64,000 nucleotides of DNA from Octopus bimaculoides. Taxonomy: Eukaryota. This document shows, piece after piece, positions 13,657-25,585 of the stretch. The position numbers and the translations under genes were made by a program. The notes beneath the pieces are model-generated. The model had not been told where the DNA came from. It made no database searches and saw only the letters and a program-made list of their open reading frames with translations. The first letter of the stretch is position 1, and every line of letters begins with the position of its first letter. Where the stretch lies: positions 96,219,416 to 96,283,415 of the forward strand of contig NC_068988.1 in NCBI RefSeq assembly GCF_001194135.2, written 5' to 3'.

Positions 13657-15790
13657 AATAGAATCAGGAGGTATGAGAAGTTAATACAGATTTATTATCT
13701 CCATGTGATTACAGCTGTTTCAGAACCTTCTCCATACTATATATTTTAACATTCAAAATTATATACATTTTACATTAATCTGTATATTTAGCATTCTATA
13801 CTTATTCTTTACTCCTTGTGGAAACATTTACTACTTGGAAAGCCTAGATTTTAGGTTGCATGAACAAGTAATACTACATTATAATTCAATTACTCTATGA
13901 GCTGACAACCAGTCTCTTGCTGGAATGCTTACTGTGAATTCTGTTTGATACTCTGAATCCAATTTTCTATTTCATATGTTTTATGTATATTATATAAAAA
14001 AGACTATAACTTGAATTCTGGTTATATGTATTTTCCTTGTTTTTTTAGAGCAAATTATGTAATTTTATGGTAAAATACTTCAAGTTTTTGACATAAGTTC
14101 TTGAACATTTAAAAATTTCAAAGGAATCTGGCCCTTAGAAACCAGGAAAACAAAAGAATTTTGTTCATTATTTTACCAATATGTAAGGAATATTTTCTGC
14201 CAATTCTGAATGACATGGAAATGAAAAGACTGCATGAACAGTACTTCACAGACAACACTCAGTCACAAAGATATCATGGACTGAAATATTTGCAAAAGAT
14301 TTGAACCCATGATATCCAATATTGTTTCAGTGTGTCTGGATCAGTCTCAGATCATCTGGGGATTTTATCAGCAACAGTCCAGTGTCTTACCCAGAGTGAG
14401 AGACTTATTTCTCATCTCCTTCACACCATGACATCAGCTTTAATGCTGTGTGAATGTCAAGCTTTGAATTCAAAGCAGTGAAGATCCAACCAGGACTATA
14501 TTAATCCAAACCAATGAAATAAACTTCTTTTGTCAAATGTCTTCCCAATGGACATTTCAAAATATGATCAAGCTATCTTTTCTTGGAGATTATTTCAACA
14601 AAACAAAAGAAATTTCTTTAAATGATAAATATATCAAGTGAACTTTTACCATTGTTTGAGCAATTTACAGAAATGCTGTCAGCCACAAGGGGTGATACTT
14701 TAGGAATAGTTTTCTTTGTCTTCCCATCTGGAAGGTACAGCAGACTTATTCGTTTTGGATCCAAAAGAATGAGGCTTTCTTCTTCCTGAAGCAGGAGAAT
14801 AAAAGGAAAAAAAAACCCATTAATTATTTCTAAATTCTAAAATAATCATATCTTTGAGGAAGCCATGTATCCAGCTCTTCAACACAACACCTGCTTCTGT
14901 CTCTGTCAAACTCTCATATCCCTTAATATTATGCTTCATTCTGTTGAGGGGTTTTGTCTTGTAGGAATTTGGTCACTTCACCAGTTCTGGTACTACACAC
15001 ACACACACACAGACAAAAAAAAAAAAGAAAAAAAAAGAGCACTCAGTACACTCTGGGAAATAGTTGGCGTTAGGAGGAAAGTGGTAATAACCACGCCAAG
15101 GCAGACATTGAAACTTGGTGCAGCCATCTGGCTCCTCCGTTCATGTCAAACCATCCAGACCCATGTTAGCATGCGTAAAGAGACATCAAATGATGATTTA
15201 GACTGATTTTGTAAAAAAAATTAACCTTTTTTAACAGGTAAAAAAAAAAAAAAAAAAAAAATTTGTTTTCCATTTATGAGAATTTGTGCAGAATAAGATG
15301 ACAGTTCAAATTATAAAAATTACAATGCAATTTTTTAAAATTAAAGATTTAATGTCAATTTCAGCATACAGATATTAGATTCTACACATTTCCATGAAAT
15401 TCTACCAGAAATATACACATAAGTACCTTTCCTAATGACTAAAACTTGACCTGATTGTAGGCTAGAATCATTATTATTTTAAGGTCTGATTTTCTTATTG
15501 GAACCGGTGCCCATTACAGCATTTCCTCATTCCTCTCCATCTTGGATAATCTCTTTCATTCAATCTCAACAGAACAGAACTTCTCTTCTGCCAAAGGAAC
15601 TATTCACTATCAGAACATGGCATCTCCCCCCCCCCCCCAGTACTGTTGTCTCTCCTCCTAAATACAAACTGGCAGTAAAGTAAATCTAATGCTTTACCTT
15701 TCCAATCCAAAGAATCTGTGACCATGGTTTCTTTCTTTTAATGTTTGTAGAAGCAATAACATTCAAATGAAGAGTTAGGTCTTCTACCAT
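797..15790 (-). CDS. CPLANE1: Ciliogenesis and planar polarity effector 1 (CPLANE1/C5orf42/JBTS17) homologue, 5' portion; the gene continues beyond position 1
   Basis: Coding exons in transcript order: 15790-15698, 14785-14650, 13583-13464, 12653-12436, 11913-11804, 10283-10041, 9474-9292, 8013-6937, 6187-5979, 5160-5086, 3385-3168, 2364-2205, 1612-1387, 918-797. All have GT-AG boundaries and consistent phases. Peptides match the human protein as I recall it: MVEDLTLHLNVIASTNIKRKKPWSQILWIGK (cf. MEIRLEILTSTGIKQKKPWPRVSWLGK), AYSRDGQILAV, GPAFFLPIHPVI, FSISTHPHLPIIICSDG, LARYMAMYFCN, GLVPEAAWFSNKVGDWK. The ATG exon starts at an acceptor (15842), implying an upstream non-coding exon. A small exon hidden in the gap at 8899-8949 cannot be excluded. 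Confidence 0.9.
4345..4750 (+). mobile_element. RTE-type non-LTR retrotransposon reverse transcriptase fragment (degenerate)
   Basis: Translates to DAIFLVRQLQERYLAKHKPLFLAFIDLEKAFDKVPR...GVHQSSVLSPLL...YANDL, with stops and deletions. Confidence 0.85.
6456..6925 (+). mobile_element. Composite of tRNA-derived SINE copies
   Basis: GGCGCAGGAATGGCTATGTGGTAAGAAGCTTGCTTC... head and a ...GTCGATTTGTTTGACTAAAGGCGGTGCTCCAGCATGGC... tail module. Relatives near 3520-3600, 4155-4220, 33979-34200, 35470-35805, 40250-40490, 45040-45130, 46070-46230. Confidence 0.8.
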
Positions 15791-16980
15791 ATTGACTTTG
15801 GCTTTTAAATAGATATTTCACATTTTACTACTGGCTTCCTACCTGTTAAAATAAAGAAAATATAATTGTCATATCATATATATATATATATAATTTCATA
15901 CAAGGTTTCCTGAGCATAAATGTGTAAGAAAAGGGAAGTTTCAAATGAATGAAACCCCAGTGCATAACTCATTACATGTTTTATTAGGGATGCAAAATTA
16001 ATGATGATGATGATGTGTGGGTCTGTACATGTTTAGTGTTTTGAATAAATACAGTTCTTTTGAATGTCTGTGAAGGTGCATGGCTCTGTGGTTGGAGCGC
16101 CGAGCTTACGACCGTGAGGTTGGGAGTTCGATTCCTGGACCAGGCTGCATGTTGTGTTCTTGAGCAAGACATTTTATTTCACGTTGCTCCATTTCACTCA
16201 TCTGTAGAAACATTTATAAGAAGGTGGTTTTCAAAAGATATTTTACGTAAGACTTTGCTTGCTGTGTGTTATATGAAATTGCTATTGTAACATGAGTGAC
16301 CTCACCACACCAAATAATTGTAAAGTGAGCTGGACGAAGTAGCTTCTGCTTAGTGGTTTGACACACTAGCTAAATTGCTATGGAATAACAGCTGGTTATT
16401 TTAAAGAGAGAATATATTGGCAAATGTAGTTCTAGAAGAGCTATTTCGGAAAATGAGAGGGGACGGTCACGGTTGCACAAACTTGGATCGTAGGTCTGTT
16501 CGCTCAGGGCTGAAACCGGTACTAAACAACTCTAACAATTGTTAAACAGGCACTGGAATTTGGTACATCTCAGCACTGTAAAGTTTGGGAATGTTGTACG
16601 AAAAAAGTGTTTCATTAAGTTACAAACCTTCTTCGAGTCTGAACATGGAACTGAACAATGGACGCCAACAAGTTAACTTGCGGTAGTTACACAGCACAAA
16701 AACCTAAGGGGCTTCTCCCAAAATATGTGAGCGTTTGTGTGTGTGTATATATGTATATGTGTGTGTGGGCGTATGTATGTTGGGCGTGCGTGTCAGCACT
16801 TCGAAAGTTTTCTGGGTAAAAACAAATTTATAGCTTTTTAAGTATGAAATAATTTCAGAGATTGAAGTGTAGCAACCGAAAAGAGAACTTCTAATTTTGT
16901 TTCAATAAATTATAATTTTCCTTTAAAATCTATTAAATAAAATAAACAAAGTGTATATTTAAGCCATAGCATATATATAC

Positions 16981-17011
<31 letters not shown>

Positions 17012-17438
17012 TGTATTCATATATACACACATTGAGACTTGGAGTGATGGTTCTTAGCAACAGAAATACAAAACTGTAATACAATGTAGAAAAATGTGGA
17101 CTTAATGATTTACGAGGCGTTCAAAGAACCTATATACTATAAGAATAAAGAGAAAGTTACAAAAGTAAGCCTAACAAGTTAATACTATTGAATCAATAAT
17201 ATCTACGGTCGTTTCAAACAAAAGAAACAAAATATAGTGGATGTGATAAAAAGTGTGTAGTTACTTGCCAACCGAAAGTAAACAATGTCTGGTCTCCATA
17301 TTTAAAACTCTACAGGTTCTCCCGTCATGCATCCGAAATAAGAGTTATTTCCCCTTTCGGTCTCTTGGTTAAAGTGCGCGACCGACTTTGAAATTCTTTC
17401 CGTTCTTTGACTGTTTCCTTTGTGTTACGGTTGCCCGG

Positions 17439-17767
17439 TAGAGGCGCAATGGCAGCGGTCACAGGATCGCGGTTTCGATTCCCAGACCGGGCGTTGTGAG
17501 TGTTTATTGAGCGAAAACACCTAAAGCTCCACGAGGCTCCAGCAGGCGAACCCTGCTGTACTCTTCCACCACAACTTTCTTCCTGTTTCTGTTGTACCTG
17601 TATTTTCAAAGGGTCAGCCTTGTCACACTGAATATCCCCGAGAACTACGTTAAGGGTACACGTGTCTGTGGAGTGCTCAGCCACTTGCACGTTAATTTCA
17701 CGAGCAGGCTGTTCCGTTGATCGGATCAACTGGAACCCTTGACGTCGTAAGCGACGGAGTGCCAACA
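17439..17767 (+). mobile_element. tRNA-derived SINE with a perfect 12-bp target-site duplication
   Basis: B-box-like GGTTTCGATTCCC near the 5' end, CCAACA tail, TSD ACGGTTGCCCGG at 17427-17438 and 17768-17779. CpGs are retained, suggesting a young copy. Confidence 0.8.
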
Positions 17768-18559
17768 ACGGTTGCCCGGCGATCTTCGTAAACATGTTAT
17801 TATCAGACAATAAAACTGAAAAAAAAAAAAAAAAACTAAGGGGAAAATGTCTACATCCCTATAGCGTCTTTGTTTTCAATCATTAGACCGCAGCAATACT
17901 TCAGCATCAACTTGAAGAATTTTTGGCGAACTTAGTCTATCGGTCTGTTTTAACGAACCACTACGTCACGGACACGTAAACACACGCCTACGAAATCCAC
18001 TCACGGGGGATTGAACGCGGAACCATGTGGTTGGGGAGCAGACTTCTTACCACTGAGCCACACTTGCGTCTGGAATTAATCTTCACGAAAATTTGTGCTT
18101 TTTAATGCTCTTTTCTACAAATACTTTTTAAATGGTGAAGATTACGATAGTGACCTTGCACACATACATACTGACACAATTTTTTCAAAATTTCTTCATT
18201 TTGTGTGTGTGTGAATGTGATGTGTAATGCAAGTGTTGAGAAATTAAGTACCAGTTGCGTACTGGGGTCAATCGAATTGACTACACCCACCAAAACTTCG
18301 GGCTTTGTGCCTAGAGTAGAAAAGAATAGGTTGTAACATTATTTTCCCAGGGAACCCATTTTTGCTCTTGCATTCCAACGGAGGTAGGGAGGGATGAAGT
18401 ATGTGCTAATTTTGCTCACTGATGATAACAATAGCTGAGAAGGGATGAGATGTGATGGGTATAGGGGCAGGGCCTAGCACGTATAGGCATAAACAAAATA
18501 TTCTTTGGACTTCATTTTCGTGACAGATGGATTTTTCCTGAGCACAGTGAATTGGCAAT

Positions 18560-18995
18560 CATCTTTGCCCTTTATCATCTCCTCTGTGAGGCACAGCATT
18601 TTTAGATCAGCCTTTACTACCTTGTCCTATTGTCTTCCTGGGTTTCCCTCTTTCATAAGTTTCATCCACTTCTAGTGATTGGTACTTCTTTATACAACTG
18701 TCCTTATCACATTACATCTGATTCCTCTTACGCATAATTTTCTTTCAACACATTTGTACTTTATTTGTTCTACTCTAACATTGCACATCCAATGGAGTAA
18801 ACTAACTTCATTGGTCCTCTGCATTCATGGCCCATATCTCACAGCCATGTAGCATTGCTGTTTGTACTCAAGCATCATACAATCTGCTTTTCACTCTAAG
18901 AGAGACCTTTTGTTGCCAAGAGGTAATAGTCCTCCAAACTTTCTCCATCATATTCTTATTCTAGCAACTATACTTTCAGTATATCCCCCTCCACT
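18560..18995 (-). mobile_element. RTE-type LINE 3' fragment
   Basis: The minus strand encodes FCYLGDLICSGGGYTESIVARIRI, the post-RT segment typical of RTE elements. Similar to 54560-54720. Confidence 0.65.
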
Positions 18996-20539
18996 GCAAA
19001 TTAGGTCACCTAGATAACAGAAATTATTTGTGTGTCCTACTACAAACTGTGATGGCTTCAACCATACAAAGCTTATATAATTTACAACTGAAACAAAAAA
19101 AATGAAGGCCAAGACACAGTCAGTACTCACATGACATACAATTATTATTGTCCTCACAACAAAGAAATTTTAGCAATATAAATGTGATTTTATAATGAAA
19201 TAACTGAACCTGTTTGAGTAACAAAAGACCGAATTCATTTCACTTGTCGATGAAACACCTTTTATTCAGCAAAGTTGAGACATTTGTGTCAATGCAGGGG
19301 TTGTAGTAGTAGTATTGATGTACACTAGTGGTAGTGGTTATGTCAGGGACAGGTTTCACTAGAACACTACTCCTACAATGAACGTGACCAAATTTGCCGA
19401 GTTGAAAATATTAATTCTCTCTACTTAATGGTTAAGATGTTGCGTTCATCATCACAAAATGGTTTTGATTCCCAGACTGAGTGGAGCATTGTGTTGTTGA
19501 ACAAAACCCATCATTTAAACATTGTTCCAGTTCACTCGACTGTGACCCATTCAGAAGGGTAAATGTCACTTCTATGCCATGGCAACTGGCCCAGTCAGTC
19601 TTGGACTCATGATAGAACTTACTGCTCTCTTAGTACTGTGTCCACACTATATACTGCTGACTATTCAACATGCATCTGAATGTGGCCGATGCCAGTGCCT
19701 CTTGACTGGCTCCTGTGCCAATGGCATGTAAAAAGCACCATACAAGTGTGGTCCATGCCAATGCCTCCCGACTGGCACGTAAAAAGCAGCATTTGAGCAT
19801 GGTTAATGCCAGTGCCCTCAGACTGGTCCCATAAAAAGCACTCACTACACTCTTAGGGTGGTTGGCATTAGCTGCAGAAACATTGCCAGATCAGATTGGA
19901 GCCTGGTGCAGCCTCCTGACTTATCAAACTGTCCATCCCATGATGATTAGCTGATTATGAAGTGTATTCTATTGTGATGCCGATTAAGTGACATCCTATA
20001 ATTTAATAAGCAGGAGAGAAAGAAGGGTCATCATCTTGTACGAAACAAGAAAATAAGGAAACCATTGTGTGTGTGTGTTAGTCTCCTTGTCTTGGCATCA
20101 TGTGATGGTTGTTTAGATGTGCTGCAGCAGAACCATCTAAATAACAGCTCCACTCAGAAGGTTGAAAGAGAAGATATTGCTTTGTGAAGAAAGAACACCG
20201 TGTATTGAACATCTGAGAACCAAGTTGTATTTCTTTTTTTTTACACCTTTTACTCAAGGTCTCAGATATGTACAAGTAGAATAAGTTATACAAAACATTT
20301 ACAAGTGAAGACCATATTCATCTTTTGTGGAATCCAAGACATAGTGGCTGAATGTCTACTTGCTGTTGCTTGTCTCATGGTTGTGCATCTCTCTCCAAAG
20401 TGAGATTAAGAGCTGAGGCAGTCATGTCTTGCTCCTGTCAGCCGCAGTGAGAAAGACAGAGAGGTAAGTCCTAGAATTCCAAAGTTACAAGCTACTCCAC
20501 CTAGCCATTCTGAATTATTTCTCTTAGCTGTGTGTATAT

Positions 20540-20850
20540 ATATTGGGTTGACAAGTAAATTTTGTTTTTTAGTGAAATAAATCATTTCTTTTCCTACAAA
20601 GAATGAACTTTAATCAATTATATATTTTCCATTTTGTCCGATGACCTACCAACTTCATGATCCCACACTCATCATAGAACTTCCGGTTTCATGTCATCAT
20701 TATTGAACGTTTTACTATTCAAAGAATTTTGCAAACTTTCAAATAAATGGTAATCTGATGGTGCAAAGCCTTTATGGTGGACGTGGAATCACCTCCCAAC
20801 CAAGATCCAATAATTTTTCATGAGTTAGCAAAGCCTTGTGATCAGTTTTC
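20540..20850 (-). mobile_element. Mariner transposon 3' fragment
   Basis: The minus strand encodes FAPSDYHLFESLQNSL (the YSPDLAPSDYHLF motif region). A TA-TTGGGTTG terminal repeat lies near 20541. Confidence 0.75.
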
Positions 20851-20869
20851 GTCATTTGTTTTTCTTGGG

Positions 20870-21260
20870 GTTGCCTTCACAGCTACCAAGAAGGCAATTG
20901 TTTGATTTTATTCTGAGAAGATACTCATTCAGAGTGAAAGGTAGACTGTATGACGCTTGTGGGTGAACAACTATGCTACACAGCAGTGAAACATGGGCCA
21001 TGACTGCTGATGATATGCGTAGGCTTGAAAGAAATGAAGGTAGTATAATTTGCTGGATGTGTAATGTCAGTGTGCATACATGACAGAGTGTAAGCGCCCT
21101 GAGAGAAAAGTTGGACATAAGAAGCCTCGGATGTGGTGTGCAAGGGAGACAACTGCATATGGATGAGGACAGCTGTCAAGTGTCACACCCTAACAGTGGA
21201 GAGAACCCGTGGAAGAGGTAGACATGGGATGAGGTGGCGAAAAACACAAACTTCTGTAAA
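20870..21260 (+). mobile_element. RTE-type LINE 3' fragment
   Basis: Degenerate C-terminal RTE-like sequence, related to 29260-29410 and to the reverse complement of 54340-54720. Confidence 0.55.
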
Positions 21261-21718
21261 ACCAGGTTCTGGTGGGAGCTGGATGCTTTTTATGTTGTAC
21301 TGGCACCAGGCTCTTGAAGACCAATCCTCTTCACCAGGGGATGAGGAGCCATAACACTTGTTTTGTATAGAGAGATGTTTTTGCTTTATTGCCTTCATCC
21401 TTATTCTTCTCACTCAGCAGCGAGAAAGAATGAAAGTAAATGTAAACAATGCAAAGAAAAGGGGGAGGGGAAGAGAAGAGTCACTATCTCTGGTACCAGT
21501 TTGAGCAGAGAGAGAGAGAGAGTTGCTGCCAGATCCCTTGCACCAAGTACACCTTGACAACAAAAGTATTAACAGGTAAGACAGGCAAAATGTGACCCAT
21601 GACCCAGTAACTCTCAAAAAGAGTCAATAACTCTAAAAATCCAATGCACTTTTCGGCAAATTAATGCATTCATGGGTTAAGCAAATAACAAACAACACAA
21701 CAAGAATAAAATTCACCC

Positions 21719-21724
21719 TTTATT
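21719..21724 (-). other. RPS20 polyadenylation signal AATAAA
   Basis: TTTATT on the plus strand about 17 nt after the stop, followed by a GT/T-rich tract on the minus strand. Confidence 0.7.
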
Positions 21725-21740
21725 GCAAAATGTCCATGAT

Positions 21741-24700
21741 TTATGCATCTGCAATTGTAACTTCAACTTCAACACCAGGTTCAATGCTGATAGATGTCTG
21801 AAAGATCTTGTTAAGGAAAACCATTACATGCAGAAAATAACAGCCAAAACTCTTCTGATGACAGTAAACCTNNNNNNNNNNNNNNNNNNNNNNNNNNNNN
21901 NNNNNNNNNNNNNNNNNNNNNNNNNNNNNNNNNNNNNNNNNNNNNNNNNNNNNNNNNNNNNNNNNNNNNNNNNNNNNNNNNNNNNNNNNNNNNNNNNNNN
22001 NNNNNNNNNNNNNNNNNNNNNNNNNNNNNNNNNNNNNNNNNNNNNNNNNNNNNNNNNNNNNNNNNNNNNNNNNNNNNNNNNNNNNNNNNNNNNNNNNNNN
22101 NNNNNNNNNNNNNNNNNNNNNATCAATATTAATTAACTGACCAAAGCCTTTTGAGTGGATTTGGTAGACCTGACAGAATAAGTAGCTGCATTTAACAAAA
22201 ATTAAGTGCAAGGGTCAATCATTCAACTAAAAACTTCAAAGCAGTGTCCCAGCCTAACGAGTGAAACAAAAGATGTCACAAAATGATTCTGAGAGATGTG
22301 AAAGCTAAAAGCAATTCTATCAAGCCTTTTCATGAGCAAAAGTGACAAGCATACTGGGATTGAAGCATTCACACATACAAGGAGAATGAGAATCGTCAGT
22401 AACTGAGAGGCAGGCGTGTATCGTATTGTACAAGAAAGGAATAGGCACACCCAGAGTTACACTTAACATCACAAATATGAAAGATGGCCACACAGTGTCA
22501 AGCCGAGCACAACTGTCACCTTATGATCGAATTCCACATGGTTCTATGCTTGATAAAACATTACAAGGGTTGGAGGGAGAAAGAAAAATTGATACTTTAT
22601 TTACTACTACATACATCAAGGCCAATACAATCTACTAAAACCAATGACCCACTATGTCAGAAACAATCAATAAAATTGTGCTGCCATCAACTGAAGTAAG
22701 TTGTAAAAACAACCACTGCTTAGTGACAGCAAATTTATATTTGCACCGTATACCACTAAATACTACTAAGTTATTAGTACATAGCCGGCTTAGTTAGTGC
22801 AGTGATGATTATTGAGTAGTTTCTGTGCAAACACTTGTCCCCCATCCCCTTTACCCTGTATGAATAGTAATTTGACGTATATACAACAACCCAACAATAA
22901 CTGGCATTCTTTTGTTTTGACTCAAAAAATCATAACACAGAACTTGGTAATTTCTGTGAGCACGTGTCATCTTGTCAACTGTTAGTTGACGTATTGAAAT
23001 GGAAAGAGAAAGCTAACAGGTGCTTGTTTCTGTGTGTGTGCATTCATGTTTATTCCTGTATGTTTGTGTGAGTGCGCCCCTTCAAGTTTAAAAATGCGAC
23101 ATTGTTAGCGTAATTTCATTACATCTACATTCCATAACACACACATACAACCCATTAGCTTTCTCTTTTCCACTTCCATACGTCAATTGAAAGTCGACAA
23201 GACGACACGTGCTCACGGAAATTACTGAATTTTGTGTTATGATCTTTCAAGTCAAAACGGAAGAATGCCCAATCATTGAAACCGTTTCACCCCACCAAAC
23301 ACTGTTTATAAAACAAAAATACAAAAGGATACAATCTGTTTTACTATCTCTGATGGACTGTGCAGATCAATAATTCTTTTGTGAATTCTCATCTGGTACC
23401 TGTCCCATGTTTTGGATCCTTCTCCACAGGGGGTCTTTCTTGTAGTGATACGGAGAATCTTGGTAGGCATACGAACAGGACCTTTAACTTTTAGTTCTTT
23501 CTCTTTGGCTCCTCTGATCAGATCAGCACACACTAAGTTGAAAGAAAAGGCATTTAAAAATATTAACCACCAGCCAACATATTTGATCCAACAAACCAGA
23601 ATTATGCACATACATCCTCGTTAAACAATTAAACATCAAAAAAAGAAATCACCTTCAGGCCATGTTCACTTTGCATTGTTGTAATGAAAGTACAATATAT
23701 TCCATTAGGCATAACACCACCCAAAAACGAAAAACCTCCAAAACCAGTTTGAGAGGAACTTGATATACAAAAATACTCACCCTTTTCTAAGCTCTTTACA
23801 TTCCTACTCGTCAAGGTGATGCGAATTCTGTGAACTGGAACATCTTCAACTGGAGCCTTACCAGTATCTTTAGCGCAATGAGCCTGAATTGAAAAGTTTC
23901 CATCAATTGAATATTCAGAGTGAGAGAACAAAAACACTAACAATTTCTACGGTGAATTCAGAGGGTTTCAACAAGTAACAGTTTTAGTATTCGTTCAGCT
24001 GAAGTCCAGTGTTTATTGAACAGTCCTCTGATCAAAGATACTCCACACACAAATGCCATTCAACCCAATGTATTAAGACGGCAATGACAAGTTATACCAA
24101 GAGGCTTCATTGTCTCAAATGTAAACTGCTCACAAGAGCCAAAGCATGCCATAAATGTTAGCAGTGGACAAACAGGTAAATACAGACACACATCACTAAT
24201 CCATGAAGGTGATCAGCAGAGCAGACAGAATATTTATTCAGTGCGACAACCAAGCGTTTGATATTTTAAAACTCCAATCGTCTACCGTAATTTTATCAAA
24301 AAATTTTTTTCTGAACTAAAACTCATGAATTTTTTTAATCAATCGGAACATACGGCAGCGCTGTATTTCATTTGAAATAGGGTAAAAAAAAATAATGTAA
24401 TGCTGACAGCTAATTGCAAATTGTGAAAACAACCACTGTTTAGTGACAGCAAGTTTATATTTGCACCGTATACCACTAAATACTAAATTATTAGTACATA
24501 GCCGGCTTAGTTAGTGCAGTGACAACAACAGGTTTTGTAGGCAGATTACGTACAATACAAACAATGAGGAAACGAAGCACAGCATTTCCAGATTTTCAGA
24601 AAATACAATATCCAAGTAAAGCATTCGTATATAAAATAAACCAGGTCGAGATCCCAAAATTATCCTCCAGTTTCTTGACCTACATCAATAATTATGATCA

Positions 24701-25585
24701 ATGAAGCACTCTTCCGGTAGTAATCAGTTACGGAAATTGGTAACAACAAAGTCGGAGAGAACTCGCGCCAATTATTTTTCGTAGAATTTATAAGCACAAA
24801 TTGTAATCAACCCCCCCCCATTTTAGAAATGAATCCCTGGAAAACTCTGTAGGAAACATTTTTCAGGCAGTTGTGAAGAACAATTGAGTGGAAGCATCAA
24901 CCTAATCACGTCCCATGATGTCGGGAAATCTTTTAAAGGGTGACATATACTATTTAATGGATACTGGAGCAGCTGGAAGTCATAGAAAAACGACTGACCC
25001 TAATTAAATCAGAACCTATAGATGGACAAAAAGCTTCCCATAATACATAACACATAATTAACCACATGTTGACAGAGCAAGCTAGATTGATTTGGCGATC
25101 TGGATTTCATCGATCTCGTGTCCTAGATCCGATTAGGGCTTACCAGAGCTATACAACAAAGAAAAATAACTTCTAATATAGACAATTGAGAAATTTACTA
25201 GATTATAATGAAAAGAGATAATTATATTTCGACAATCGTAATAATTTCCCCGGACAGAATGAAAAACGTGTACGTAAGAACTCCCACCCCGACCACAACT
25301 AAATAAGTTATTGCTGTGGAGTCAACATCGGGATATTTGCTAAAACAGATCATAAAGGTTAAAACGATATGAAGAATGCGGGAAGCGATGAATTTAATCC
25401 ATTTAAAAAGAACCAAAAATCCGATGAACTTAAATAATAATTCGTAAAGACCGCATGGATTATGAAACATGGCGCCCACATGCTGTAAATTAATTGAGGA
25501 CTTTTTAAACAGAAATTACTAATTAAATATAACAATTGTAAACAAAATAGAAATTATAATTATAAATTTAAATTCTACATACCAT
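21741..25585 (-). CDS. RPS20: 40S ribosomal protein S20 (uS10), complete, 120 aa
   Basis: Exons: ATG only 25585-25583 (ATG|GTATGT), 23883-23781, 23532-23333, 21797-21741 (TAA). Total 363 nt. Protein [45 protein letters not shown]...[55 protein letters not shown] is clearly uS10. Confidence 0.97.
22699..22805 (-). ncRNA. Candidate H/ACA box snoRNA, copy A (RPS20 intron 3)
   Basis: About 105 nt, near-identical to 24419-24522. Sense to RPS20: a 5' hairpin (TGCACT/GGTGCA lower stem, internal loop, TACTAA/TTAGTA apical stem), H box ATATAA, a short 3' hairpin, and ACA at the end of the shared block. Confidence 0.7.
22903..23269. repeat. Diverged inverted repeat with arms of about 115 bp in RPS20 intron 3
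   Basis: 22903-23016 aligns with the reverse complement of 23155-23269; differences are mostly transitions. Confidence 0.85.
24419..24522 (-). ncRNA. Candidate H/ACA box snoRNA, copy B (RPS20 intron 1)
   Basis: Paralogue of 22699-22805 with the same H box and ACA position. Similarity stops abruptly just outside the predicted RNA ends. Confidence 0.7.

Noticed and set aside
16059-16200. tRNA-like A/B boxes
   Set aside because: No cloverleaf; this is a SINE head. No true tRNA, rRNA or CRISPR array was found in the window.
16264-16390. Other X-box-like strings (ATTGCTATTGTAAC, ATTGCTATGGAATAAC) near CPLANE1
   Set aside because: Mismatches in the second half-site; such matches are expected by chance in AT-rich DNA.
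17325-17810. 161-aa minus-strand ORF
   Set aside because: It runs antisense through the SINE and has no protein similarity I recognise.
22392-22475. C/D-like boxes (GTGATGT...CTGA) in RPS20 intron 3, a possible U54 equivalent
   Set aside because: Degenerate C box, no terminal stem, and no recognisable rRNA-complementary guide.
25005-25115. Second C/D-like candidate in RPS20 intron 1
   Set aside because: Non-canonical C box, too long, and no terminal stem.
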